A stretch of 64,000 nucleotides of DNA from an uncultured Spirochaetota bacterium (GCA_963745235.1 CAVUXE010000035.1:1-64000), one strand, 5' to 3'. Shown: positions 42,624-52,177, counted from the first letter of the stretch. A program made the numbers and translations. The notes: generated from the letters alone by a model not told the origin.

Positions 42624-44491
42624 CCGGTGCCGCGGGGCACCTCGGATGTGCTCTTGTCAGGGAGCTCGTGGCGGATGGGGAAAAAGTCCGGGTGCTCGTG
42701 CTCCCAAAGGAAGACCTTGCGGGACTTCGGGGGATCCCCCTGGATATCGTGAAGGGAAACGTCCTCGACCTCGATTCTCTCCGGCGGGCCGCGGCGGGCA
42801 TGGAAGTGGTCTACCACCTTGCGGGGATCGTCTCCATCATGCCGGGCAGGGACGGGCTGATGCGCCGTGTCAATGTGGAGGGAACCGCGAACATGGCGCG
42901 GGTTGCCCGGGAAAGCGGCGTCAGGCGCATGATCTATGTCAGCTCCATCCACGCCCTTGCCCGCCCGCCCGAGGGGACTCCCATCGACGAGCGTGTTCGC
43001 ATTGATCCTCATAACCCGGCTGGAGAGTACGACCGCACCAAGGCGGAGGCATCCCTTGCGGTGCTGGCCGAGGTTGAACGGGGTCTTGACGCCGTCCTTG
43101 TCTGCCCCACGGGCATCATAGGCCCCTGCGATTTCAGAGGCATTTCCCCCATGACGCGGCAGATCCGGAAGTGGGGGCGGCCGGGCAATCACCTCGTGCT
43201 TGACGGGCATTTTGATTTCGTGGACGCCCGCGACGTGGCGCGGGGAATGATCCAGGCCGCTCGTCTTGGCTGGAAAGGACAGCTCTATATCCTGGCAGGG
43301 GAACGCGTATCGGTTGAGGTCCTTTTCGATCTTGTCAAGGCGGCCGCCGGCACGAGGGGCCGGGCGGTGCGCGTGCCCCTGTGGGTTGCGCGCCTTGTAG
43401 CGGCCCTTGCTCCTCTTCATTCCCGCCTGTGGGGGAAGAAAGTGCTGCTCACAAGCTATGCGCTGGAGACCCTTGAAAGCAACTCGCTGATCTCTTGCGG
43501 AAAAGCGCAGCGTGATCTTGGCTATCAACCCCGGCCCATGAGTTTCGTCATCAAGGACACGGTCGCATGGCTGCGTGAGAACCCCGAGCCCGGTCCCCAG
43601 GCAATTGCAGCATTCGAGCGCGCTCGCGGCCGCGCGGCTCCTCTCCGTGGTCGTACGACGGCCGCCAGCGATCGTGCGAAGCCGGAGGCCGCCGGGCAGC
43701 CGGCAGGTGTTGCCGTGGTGACAGGAGCCTCGAGCGGTATCGGCGCGGTCACGGCTCTGAGGCTTGCCTCCCGCGGGTACGCGGTGATTCTTGTCGCGCG
43801 CAGGCGCGAAAGGCTGGAGGCCCTGGCAGATCGCATTCGTGGTGAGGGTGGCAAGGCGGAGTGTCTTGCCGTTGATCTTGCCGCGCCCGGGGGACCGCGC
43901 GCCGTGTATGAGCGCGTGGTCGAACGAGGGGAAGGGATAGATGTCCTTGTGAACAGCGCAGGGTTCGGTTGGTACGGGTACGCCTCCGAGATGTCCATAG
44001 ATACCGCCGTGCGCATGATGCAGGTGAACAACAGCGCGGTGGCCGAGCTGGTGCTGCTCTTCCTCCCCCTGATGAAGCGGAGAGGAGCAGGTCACATCGT
44101 GAACCTGAGCTCGATCGTCGGCAGCTTCCCCAGTCCCTGGGCTGCCCTCTATTCAGCCACGAAATCCTTCGTTGACTCCCTGACAACCGCGCTTCACCGC
44201 GAGCTGCGGGGGTCCGGCGTCAACGTCAGCGCGGTGCGTCCCGGACCCGTTCTGACGGAGTTCTACCAGACCGCCACGAGGCTTTCCGCGGGCCGCTCCA
44301 TCCCTGTCAGGAAGTTCTTTGTTTCCCCGGAGGCCGTGGCGGATGCAGTTGTGAGGCTCCTGGACAGGCCGCGGCGCGCGGTCTACGTGCCAGCGGGTTT
44401 CCGTATCCTTCCCTGGATCGAGTTCAGCTTCGGCTGGCTGGTGGACAGGCTTGCCGCATTCTTCCTGCGCCGCCAATCCTATGCGGCCTAG
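42611..44491 (+). CDS. Fusion of an extended SDR (NAD-dependent epimerase/dehydratase) and a classical SDR
   Basis: Domain 1 has VTGAAGHLG...VYHLAG...YDRTK; domain 2 has VTGASSGIG...LVNSAG...YSATK; single reading frame. Confidence 0.88.
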   Translation: MVLVTGAAGHLGCALVRELVADGEKVRVLVLPKEDLAGLRGIPLDIVKGNVLDLDSLRRAAAGMEVVYHLAGIVSIMPGRDGLMRRVNVEGTANMARVARESGVRRMIYVSSIHALARPPEGTPIDERVRIDPHNPAGEYDRTKAEASLAVLAEVERGLDAVLVCPTGIIGPCDFRGISPMTRQIRKWGRPGNHLVLDGHFDFVDARDVARGMIQAARLGWKGQLYILAGERVSVEVLFDLVKAAAGTRGRAVRVPLWVARLVAALAPLHSRLWGKKVLLTSYALETLESNSLISCGKAQRDLGYQPRPMSFVIKDTVAWLRENPEPGPQAIAAFERARGRAAPLRGRTTAASDRAKPEAAGQPAGVAVVTGASSGIGAVTALRLASRGYAVILVARRRERLEALADRIRGEGGKAECLAVDLAAPGGPRAVYERVVERGEGIDVLVNSAGFGWYGYASEMSIDTAVRMMQVNNSAVAELVLLFLPLMKRRGAGHIVNLSSIVGSFPSPWAALYSATKSFVDSLTTALHRELRGSGVNVSAVRPGPVLTEFYQTATRLSAGRSIPVRKFFVSPEAVADAVVRLLDRPRRAVYVPAGFRILPWIEFSFGWLVDRLAAFFLRRQSYAA

Positions 44492-44537
44492 TGTAATGTT
44501 ACAGAAATAGCTTGACAATCGCCGTGGGTGCCAGCGG

Positions 44538-45849
44538 CTATTGGCCAGCCGCCAGCAGCCATCCCACAGCAGCGTTGTAGTCCGGTGTCTTCCCATCCCA
44601 CTGCGGCAGGTTGACGTCAGGGCCAAGGTCCAGCTCGTGTTCATCCGCCCACTCGCGCAGCCAGTCCACCGTGTCATCAACCAGCTCCTGCAGCGAATCG
44701 GGTGCGAGAAGCCTGCCGCTCGGTGAGTGGAAGGCAAGAACGCCGTCGGATTCGGAGGCTACGGTCCACCCGCCTTCGTGAACCAGGTGATGATGGAAGG
44801 TACAGAGCATCACCAGGTTGTCCATGCTGGTTTCCCCGCCGTGCAGCCAGTGCTCGGATGTGGTGCCCGTGAAGGAAGGCCGTGTGAGTGCACCCCGGAA
44901 AGGCGCAGCCGCGGTCACGCAGCATCAGGGCGCGACGGATGGCGGGCGGAATACTGCGGGCGCGGCGGCCGATGTTCAGTGCTTCCCCATCTCCACCGAT
45001 GGCCACCAGGCCGCAATCGCAGGCCACCCTGCGCAATGTTTCCGCGGAAACGCGCGTTCCGTCCTCCAGGGTGGCCGCCCAAGCACTGTCTGGCCCAAGC
45101 GCCTCCTGATCCAAGTGAACCATGACCTGGAAGCGCTCGCCGCCGGTTCCCGTCACCGGATTGCCGGCCAGGAACGACTCGGCGAGCTTCACCGCGCCAT
45201 CAGCCCGCGAGGGCCAGCACGTTTCCGCGGAAACGCCGGCGGCTTCAACTGCCTCCGCCTCCCCCTGCGCGGCAGGCGCTCCGGGAGCCTCTGTCTCGAG
45301 CGGCTGTGCCCGGCGGGCGTGCACCTCCCGGGCGCGCTCGATGGCGCGCAGGATCAAATCCGCCTCGTCGGGCTCAAGCACCAACTCGAGCTTGACCATC
45401 CCCCCCGCCAGCAGCCGCTGGCGTACCGAACGCTCCTCCGGCGCCGGTGTCCTTTCGTTGTCCAGCACCCCTCGATAGCCTCGGCACAGCCGCTCAAGCT
45501 GCGCCCCGGTTGCCATAAGCGCCATCTCCAGCAGCTTCGCTTCGTTCTCGGGCGTCGCCACCCGAGTGAGCGCGCGAACCTTGGCGTACGACAGCCTGGC
45601 CGTGCGCAACGATTCGTCGATGGCGGGCAGCCTACCCAGCGCGCGTGCCACCCGTACCTTCTCGCGGGCGGTGGCCGGGTCCCATCCGAGGCGCCACGCC
45701 AGCCAGTGCGCGCAGGACACCGCGCCCTGCTCATGCCAGCCGCACGCCTCATCGAAGCGTCGGATGCATTCGAGCAGACGATGGGCGGCTGCATCCAGGT
45801 GGGCGGACAAGCTGGCGATCTCCTGACCCAGTTCCTCGAGGTTCTCCAT
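44538..45849 (-). CDS. DUF222-domain HNH endonuclease (frameshift near 44855)
   Basis: N-terminal IRRFD...GW...G..SCAHWLAWR....ATAREKVRVARAL...LSYAKVRALTRVA; C-terminal RRALMLRDRGCAFPGC....LHGHHI.HWLHGGETSMDNLVMLCTFHHHLVHEGGW. Confidence 0.92.
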
Positions 45850-45856
45850 GGCATGT

Positions 45857-45885
45857 ACTATACATCTGTTTAGTTATGACTGCAA
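45857..45885 (-). promoter_or_regulatory. Leaderless sigma70 promoter with an overlapping palindromic operator
   Basis: TTGCAG-17-TATAGT-7 nt-ATG; imperfect palindrome CTAAACAGATGTATAG at 45858-45873. Confidence 0.7.
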
Positions 45886-46072
45886 GTGTTTTTTCGCCCC
45901 TCGGATGCTTGCCGTTTTCCGCCGATAGCTGCATCCAAGTGCTCTCCAAGTTCGCGCGTTGTAAAGAAGCGCTACTTACACCACCTAGCGCCGCGGCGTA
46001 GCGCCGTTTGCCCTACGCGGCGTAGCACCGCTTCCCTGTGCGGAGCGAAGCCCATCCCTCCCGAGGCGCTGC

Positions 46073-46480
46073 CTACGCGCCAGGCACCGCGAGGATTCTC
46101 TCCGCCAGGTGCACTGCGTTGAGGACTCCCTGGGGGCCGATCCCCATGGTGGCAACAGGAACACCCCGGGGAAGCTGGAGAATGGACAGCAGCGAATCGA
46201 TCCCCGACAGGGACCCGGCAACCAGGGGTATCCCGATGACGGGAAGCTTCACCAGAGAAGCGATGACGCCGGGAAGCGCCGCCGACAAGCCCGCGGCGGC
46301 AATGACGATCCGGTAGCCTTTCTCTTCCCGGCGAAGAAATGATACGAGCTCTTCGAGGTTTCGGTGCGCGGAAAGCACTTTGAGCTCGAAGCTTATCCCC
46401 TTCTCTTCCAGGAGGGAAAGCGCGGGTTGCACGGCAGGCTCGTCGGACTGAGAGCCTATGACAAAAAGCACGTCCTTCAT
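46073..46480 (-). CDS. purE: N5-CAIR mutase / AIR carboxylase PurE
   Basis: GSQSD, VLSAHR, IAAAGLSAALPGVIAS, PVIGIP, GIDSLLSILQLPRGVPVAT motifs. Confidence 0.93.
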   Translation of the reverse strand: MKDVLFVIGSQSDEPAVQPALSLLEEKGISFELKVLSAHRNLEELVSFLRREEKGYRIVIAAAGLSAALPGVIASLVKLPVIGIPLVAGSLSGIDSLLSILQLPRGVPVATMGIGPQGVLNAVHLAERILAVPGA

Positions 46481-47752
46481 TCGCACGCTCCGAAGAACTT
46501 CCTGCCGATATCACGGCGGAACCAGCCGCCATCGAACCTGATCTTCTCCGCAAGGGCGTACGCCCGCCCGGCGGCGCTTCGAAGGTTGGCGTCACGGCCC
46601 ACCACCGTGAAGCATCTTCCGCCCCTGACGTGCAGGGAACCGTCCTCCCGGCGGAAAGTGGAGGCGTGAAAAACGTGGGTGTGATCGTGACCGGCGCCGT
46701 CGGGGAGATTCACCGGCTACCGGGGGGCCGGAAGCCTCCGGATACCCGCGCGCGGCCAGAACTACGCCAAGTGCCGCCCCCACCGGTGAGGCCGTGTCGG
46801 TGCCCGCCGCAAAGGATTTCAGCTCCTTGACCATGACGGCCTTCACCAGCCCTCCGAAGTCGAAGGGCAGGACAGGGAGGAGCACCTGCGTTTCCGGGTC
46901 GCCGAACCTGACGTTGAACTCCAGGACACAGGGTCCCGCCTGCGTGATCATGAGCCCGAAATACAGAACGCCGGCGTACGAAAGGCCTTCCCGCTTCATC
47001 GCGGAATAGGTGGGCTCAACGATCTCCCGCTCCACGCGCCGCATTGTGGCCCCGTCAGCCGTCGGCACCGGGCACACAGAGCCCATCCCGCCGGTGTTGG
47101 GGCCTGTATCATCTTCGTGGGCTTTCTTGAAATCGGTGCACGCCGGGAGGACGACATGGGTTTGCCCGTCGCTCACCCCGAACACTGACAGCTCCCAGCC
47201 CTCGAGGAACTCCTCCACAAGGACATGGCCGTCCGCAAGAGCTGCCTTGCCGAAGGCAAGAAGCTCCTCGGATCGGTCTGACTCGAGGACTCCCTTGCCG
47301 GCCGCCAGCCCGCTCTTCTTGAGAACCAGGCGCTGTCCGGCCTTACCGGCCAGGAAAGCATCCAGTGCGGACGCATCGGAAAACTCCGTGGCGCGCGCTG
47401 TCGGGATTCCGTTTCGCACCAGGAACGCCTTGGAGAACGCCTTGCTGGACTCCAGCTGCGCGGCCTTCCTTCCGGGGCCGAACACGGGGACGCCGCGGTG
47501 GGAAAGGAAGTCAGCAACGCCGGCGGCCAGGGGCGTCTCCGGGCCGACAAAGACCAGGTCCACCGCGTTGCGGCGGGCGGCGGAGAATACGGTGGTGAAG
47601 CTCATCGGATCAACGTCCGGCAGGTTCGCGCAGACCTCTGCCGTGCCCGCGTTGCCGGGGCCGGCAAAAACCGCGCTCACGTGGGCGCTCTCGGACAGCT
47701 TCCAGGCCAGCGCGTGCTCACGGGCGCCGGAACCCAGCACGAGCACCCTCAC
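46477..47752 (-). CDS. purD: Phosphoribosylamine-glycine ligase (frameshift near 46720)
   Basis: VLVLGSGAREHAL, LESSKAFSK, GLAAGKGV, GPNTGGMG, EFNVRFGDPETQ; the C-terminal GGR...FRRDIG lies in the next frame. Confidence 0.93.
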
Positions 47753-48327
47753 GGCGCGCCGCCGGCGTCCACACGGTCGAGCATCGACAGAAGGACCCGG
47801 GGGTACCACTCGTGCTCCAGCTCGTGAATCCGCGCTTCCACGTGGTCCCGTGTTTCACCGGGCTCCCGTTGGAAGGACTTCTGGAGGATGGTCGGGCCGG
47901 TGTCCACGCCCGCGTCGACTCTCATGATGGTGATTCCCAGCTCGTTGTCACCGGACGCGTAGCTTTCTTGGATCCCGTGGATCCCTGGATATTTCGGGAG
48001 AAGGCTCGGGTGGACGTTGATGACAGGCCCCTTGAATGCCTCCAGGAACCAGGGAGTCAGCAGCCTCATGAACCCGGCAAGCGCGACAATGTCCACCCTC
48101 CGTCTTTCCAGGTGGCGAACGATTTTCTTTTCCACCGACTCTCTCTTTTCCCCCGCGTAGCTCACGGGGAAGGCGGGGATTTCCAGCTCAACGGCCCTGG
48201 CCAGCACGGGAGCGCGCGCGATGTCGCACAGCAGGAACTCCAGGGTATGGCGTGTCCCCTTCACGGCCCGGGCGATGGCGATGAAGTTGGATCCCGTCCC
48301 GGAAGCAAATACGGCAAGCCGCGCCAT
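47749..48327 (-). CDS. purN: Phosphoribosylglycinamide formyltransferase
   Basis: AVFASGTGSNF, LAGFMRLL, NVHPSLLPKYPG and VDAGVDTGPTI motifs. Confidence 0.95.
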   Translation of the reverse strand: MARLAVFASGTGSNFIAIARAVKGTRHTLEFLLCDIARAPVLARAVELEIPAFPVSYAGEKRESVEKKIVRHLERRRVDIVALAGFMRLLTPWFLEAFKGPVINVHPSLLPKYPGIHGIQESYASGDNELGITIMRVDAGVDTGPTILQKSFQREPGETRDHVEARIHELEHEWYPRVLLSMLDRVDAGGAP

Positions 48328-49274
48328 CACTCGATGGTCCCGATGACCTGCAGCTGAAAGCGCTCCCGTCGGGCCGCCTCCTCGAGCTCTTCCCGGTGAC
48401 TGTCATGAGCAATGAGGGCGACACCGATTCCAAGATTGAAGACTTTGCGCATCTCATCCTCGGAAACGCCGGCGCCGCGGATTCTTTTGAAGACGGGAGG
48501 CTCTTCCCAGTCGAAGGAGAAGCTCGGGGAAAGACCCGCCGGGATGACCCGTGTCAGGTTCCCGACAAGCCCGCCGCCAGTGATGTGCGCGGCCGCCAGG
48601 ACGCGGCGTGTCCCCGTGAGGACCGCCATTTCCTTCGCGTAGATGCGGGTCGGAACGAGCAGGTCCTCCCACCCCTCCCGGTCCGTCTCCGGGATGACTT
48701 TTCGCGCAAGGGAAAGACCGTTGGAGTGGATCCCTGACGAGGGAAGCCCCAGGATGACATCTCCCCGCCGGATCTCTTCCTTTCGGGGCAGAATGGCGTC
48801 CTTCTCCGCAATCCCGACGGCGAAGCCAGCCAGGTCGAAATCATCCGGGCCGTACGCATCCGGCATCTCCGCGGTCTCCCCGCCGCCGAGCCTGCACTCC
48901 GCCAGCTCGCATCCGCGTACGACGCCGCGAATGAGGGCGTGCATTTTTTCCTCGTGGATCCGCCCGCAGGCGATGTAGTCCAGGAAGACCATGGGTCGTG
49001 CCCCGCAGACGAGGAGGTCGTTCACGTTCATTGCCACGAGGTCTATCCCGATGGTGTCGTAGATTCCCAGCTTCTTCGCCACCAGCAGCTTTGTGCCGGT
49101 GCCGTCCGTGGTCGTCATGAGGACCGGGGAGCGAAATCCGAGGGAGTCCAGGGGAAGGACGGAGGAGAACCCGCCAATTCCCTTGTCCACCGCCGGGGAA
49201 GGGATGCGCCTGATGAACTCAACAAACCTTTCGCCGCGGTCGATGTCCACGCCGGCGTCGCGGTAGGCATGCAT
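48327..49274 (-). CDS. purM: AIR synthetase
   Basis: YRDAGVDID, TDGTGTKL, GIDLVAMNVND, GGETAEMP, SSGIHSNG and AHITGGGL motifs. Confidence 0.96.
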   Translation of the reverse strand: MHAYRDAGVDIDRGERFVEFIRRIPSPAVDKGIGGFSSVLPLDSLGFRSPVLMTTTDGTGTKLLVAKKLGIYDTIGIDLVAMNVNDLLVCGARPMVFLDYIACGRIHEEKMHALIRGVVRGCELAECRLGGGETAEMPDAYGPDDFDLAGFAVGIAEKDAILPRKEEIRRGDVILGLPSSGIHSNGLSLARKVIPETDREGWEDLLVPTRIYAKEMAVLTGTRRVLAAAHITGGGLVGNLTRVIPAGLSPSFSFDWEEPPVFKRIRGAGVSEDEMRKVFNLGIGVALIAHDSHREELEEAARRERFQLQVIGTIE

Positions 49275-49297
49275 GGCTCGATCGTCTCCTGTTCCTG

Positions 49298-50695
49298 TCA
49301 TTTTCTGCGCACCGGCGCGTCCTGCACCGCGAAGGGGTAGGAACCGCTGAAGCACGCGTAGCAGAAGTCCCCCGGGTTGGGAACGCATTCCCGCAGCGCC
49401 TCGATGGAGAGGTAGCGAACCGAATCCGCGCCCAGCTCCCGGGTAATACCCTCCAGGTCCAGGCGGTTGGCAATCAGCTCGTCGCGGGTCGGGATATCGA
49501 TGCCGAAGAAGCAGGGATGACGGATGGGCGGGGAGGAGAGGCGCAGGTGCACTTCCCTTGCCCCGGCGTCGCGGAGGAGCTTCACGATCTGCCTCGAGGT
49601 GGTGCCGCGCACCAGGGAGTCATCCACCACCACCACCCGCTTTCCCGCAATCGCCTCACGCACCGGGTGGAGCTTCATCCGCACCCCGAACTCCCTGCTG
49701 GCGGCAGTGGGTTGGATGAAAGTCCTCCCCGAATAGTGGTTGCGCGTGAGGCCCTGCTCGAGGGGCAGGCCGGAGGCGGTAGAATACCCCAGGGCGGCGC
49801 TGTTGCCGGAGTCAGGAACGGAGATCACGATGTCCGCCTTCACGTCGTCACCGCGGGCCAGCATCTCCCCCATCCGTTTTCGAACCATGTGGACGGAGTG
49901 GGCAAAGACATCCGAGTCAGGGCGCGCAAAGTAGATCAGCTCGAAGATGCAGTGCGCTCGGCGAGGGGCAGGCGCGTGGGGCACCATTTCCGAATGGATC
50001 TGCGCGCCGGAAACGGTCACGATCTCTCCAGGGGCCACCTCGTGGATGTCCCGGGCCTGGAACATCTCCAGCGCGCATGTCTCGGAGGCAAACAGGACCC
50101 GGCCTTCCTGCGTCCCCATCACGAGCGGGCGAAAGCCATACGGATCCCGCACGGCGACGAGGGTGTCCTCATGCATCATGAGAAAGCAGTAGGCGCCCTC
50201 GATCTGCGCCAGGCATTCCATGAGGGCCTCGTGGAAGGTTTTCCTCGGAGAGCGGGCAATCATGTGGAGAAGCAGCTCGGTGTCCGTTGTGCTCTGGAAT
50301 ATCGAGCCCTCCGCGATCAGCTGTCTTTGCAGCTCGTCGGAGTTCGAGATGTTGCCGTTGTGGGCAAGCGCTATCTCGCCTTTGCTGCAGGAGACGACGA
50401 TGGGCTGCGCATTCTCCAGCTTGTCCGTTCCGTGGGTCGAGTAGCGGACGTGGCCAATGCCGACCCGCGAGGGATGGCTCTCGGTCTGGTAGTGAGAGAG
50501 CGCCTGCGACACCATCCCGACGTCGCGATACGAGACGATCTTCCCGTTTCTGTAGTAGGCGAGTCCGGCGCTTTCCTGCCCCCTGTGCTGCAGGGAGAAA
50601 AGGCCGTAGAAGAGCTGCTCGGGAAGATTGAACTCTTCCTGAGAGGAGATCCCCACAACGCCGCAGTGGTGGCGCAGTGAATCACCGTCTTCCAC
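49298..50695 (-). CDS. purF: Amidophosphoribosyltransferase
   Basis: Propeptide followed by CGVVG; LQHRGQESAG, IGHVRYST, AHNGNI, CIFELIYFARPDS and VVVDDSLVRGTT motifs. Confidence 0.97.
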   Translation of the reverse strand: MEDGDSLRHHCGVVGISSQEEFNLPEQLFYGLFSLQHRGQESAGLAYYRNGKIVSYRDVGMVSQALSHYQTESHPSRVGIGHVRYSTHGTDKLENAQPIVVSCSKGEIALAHNGNISNSDELQRQLIAEGSIFQSTTDTELLLHMIARSPRKTFHEALMECLAQIEGAYCFLMMHEDTLVAVRDPYGFRPLVMGTQEGRVLFASETCALEMFQARDIHEVAPGEIVTVSGAQIHSEMVPHAPAPRRAHCIFELIYFARPDSDVFAHSVHMVRKRMGEMLARGDDVKADIVISVPDSGNSAALGYSTASGLPLEQGLTRNHYSGRTFIQPTAASREFGVRMKLHPVREAIAGKRVVVVDDSLVRGTTSRQIVKLLRDAGAREVHLRLSSPPIRHPCFFGIDIPTRDELIANRLDLEGITRELGADSVRYLSIEALRECVPNPGDFCYACFSGSYPFAVQDAPVRRK

Positions 50696-50796
50696 CCGGT
50701 CATGAAATCAGAAGGGGGTGCGCGAGTCAACAGGGCGGGAGTTCACAGGGCAGGAGTTCATTGACCCCGCCGGGCGGCGGTGATAGGCTCTTGCGG

Positions 50797-52173
50797 ATGA
50801 GCTCCCCGGCTCCCCCGTCTCCGCCGGCTCCCGCGTCTCCCCGGGAACCCCTTGCTGAGCGGATGCGCCCCCGCACTCTTGAGGAGTTCGTGGGGCAATC
50901 CCATATCCTGGGGCCCGACAAGCCTCTTCGCCTCCTGCTGGACTCCGGGCATCTTCCGTCCATCATCTTCTGGGGGCCGCCAGGGTGCGGAAAGAGCTCG
51001 CTCGCGCGGATAATTTCGCAGCGGATGGGCTATTCGTTCCACTTCTTTTCCGCGGTCATTTCGGGGATTCGGGAGCTCAAGGACCTCTTTGCCCGGCTGG
51101 AGTCCGAGACGACGGAGAAGAATCTCGTCTTCATCGACGAGATCCACCGGTTCAACAAGGCCCAGCAGGACGCGTTTCTCCCGTACGTCGAAAAAGGGGT
51201 CATCACCCTCATCGGCACAACGACCATGAACCCGTCCTTCTCCATCGTTTCACCCCTCCTGTCGCGCTCGCGGGTCTTCATCCTCAACACCCTTGACGAA
51301 GCGGAGATCCGGGGAGTCATGGGAAGGGCGCTCGCGGATGCAGAACGCGGATACGGCGGAATGCGGATCACCGTTGAGCCTGAGGTCATGGAGATCATCG
51401 CCCGCTACGCGCAGGGAGACTGCCGCGCTGCCCTCAACGCCCTGGAGATGCTGGTGGAGTCCGCGCGTGCATCCGGAGAAGCGCACGCCCCGGCAGCGGA
51501 GATCGCTCTCACTCGCGCCCGGCTGGAGGCTGTCTTCGAGGGGAGGCTCCCGGAGTATGACCGCGACGGGGAAGGTCACTACAACCTCATCTCGGCGCTG
51601 CACAAGAGCATCAGGGGCTCTGACCCGGACGCGTCCCTGTACTGGCTTGCGCGGATGCTGGAGGGAGGCGAGGATCCCCTGTACATCGCCCGACGGCTCC
51701 TGAGAGTTGCGTCGGAGGACGTGGGTCTCGCGGACCCGCAAGCCCTTGTGATCGCAAGCGCGGCGCAGGAGGCCGTGCATTTCCTGGGAATGCCGGAAGG
51801 AGACCTGGCGCTTGCACAGACCGTCGTCTACCTGGCAACGGCGCCCAAGAGCAACGAGATCTACACGGCATACACGAAGGCGCGTGAGGACGCCCACGGG
51901 CATGGCGCTGATCCTGTCCCTCTTTACCTCAGAAATCCCGTCACCTCCCTCATGAAGAAGGCAGGGTACGGGGATGGATACCTGTACCCGCATGACTATG
52001 AAGGCCGCGTCGTCAGACAGGACTATTTCCCGTCCATGATGAAGGGGAGGAAGTACTACACGCCGTCGGAGTTCGGCTTCGAGAAAGTTGTCGGCAAGCG
52101 GATCAGGTGGTGGGAGGAGAGACGCCGGGGCGGCACGGGCAACGGCCCCCCTGTCGGCCCGGAGGGCACATGA
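50797..52173 (+). CDS. rarA: Replication-associated recombination protein RarA/MgsA
   Basis: PLAERMRPRTL, WGPPGCGKSS, FIDEIHRFNKAQQD, SALHKSIRGSDPDA, ASEDVGLAD and YLYPHD motifs. Confidence 0.96.
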   Translation: MSSPAPPSPPAPASPREPLAERMRPRTLEEFVGQSHILGPDKPLRLLLDSGHLPSIIFWGPPGCGKSSLARIISQRMGYSFHFFSAVISGIRELKDLFARLESETTEKNLVFIDEIHRFNKAQQDAFLPYVEKGVITLIGTTTMNPSFSIVSPLLSRSRVFILNTLDEAEIRGVMGRALADAERGYGGMRITVEPEVMEIIARYAQGDCRAALNALEMLVESARASGEAHAPAAEIALTRARLEAVFEGRLPEYDRDGEGHYNLISALHKSIRGSDPDASLYWLARMLEGGEDPLYIARRLLRVASEDVGLADPQALVIASAAQEAVHFLGMPEGDLALAQTVVYLATAPKSNEIYTAYTKAREDAHGHGADPVPLYLRNPVTSLMKKAGYGDGYLYPHDYEGRVVRQDYFPSMMKGRKYYTPSEFGFEKVVGKRIRWWEERRRGGTGNGPPVGPEGT

Positions 52174-52177
52174 GGTC

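Larger units (their letters stand above)
44488..45988 (-). mobile_element. Putative CTAG-bounded, transposase-free insertion carrying a DUF222-HNH gene
   Basis: CTAG at 44488-44491 and 45985-45988; AT-rich, weakly inverted ~30-bp ends; single cargo gene lying between convergent host genes. Confidence 0.5.

Noticed and set aside
44538-45960. HNH gene considered as IscB/Cas9-like or HEARO RNA-guided nuclease
   Set aside because: No PLMP or RuvC motifs, and the flanking non-coding regions are too short for a typical omegaRNA. The architecture is DUF222-HNH.
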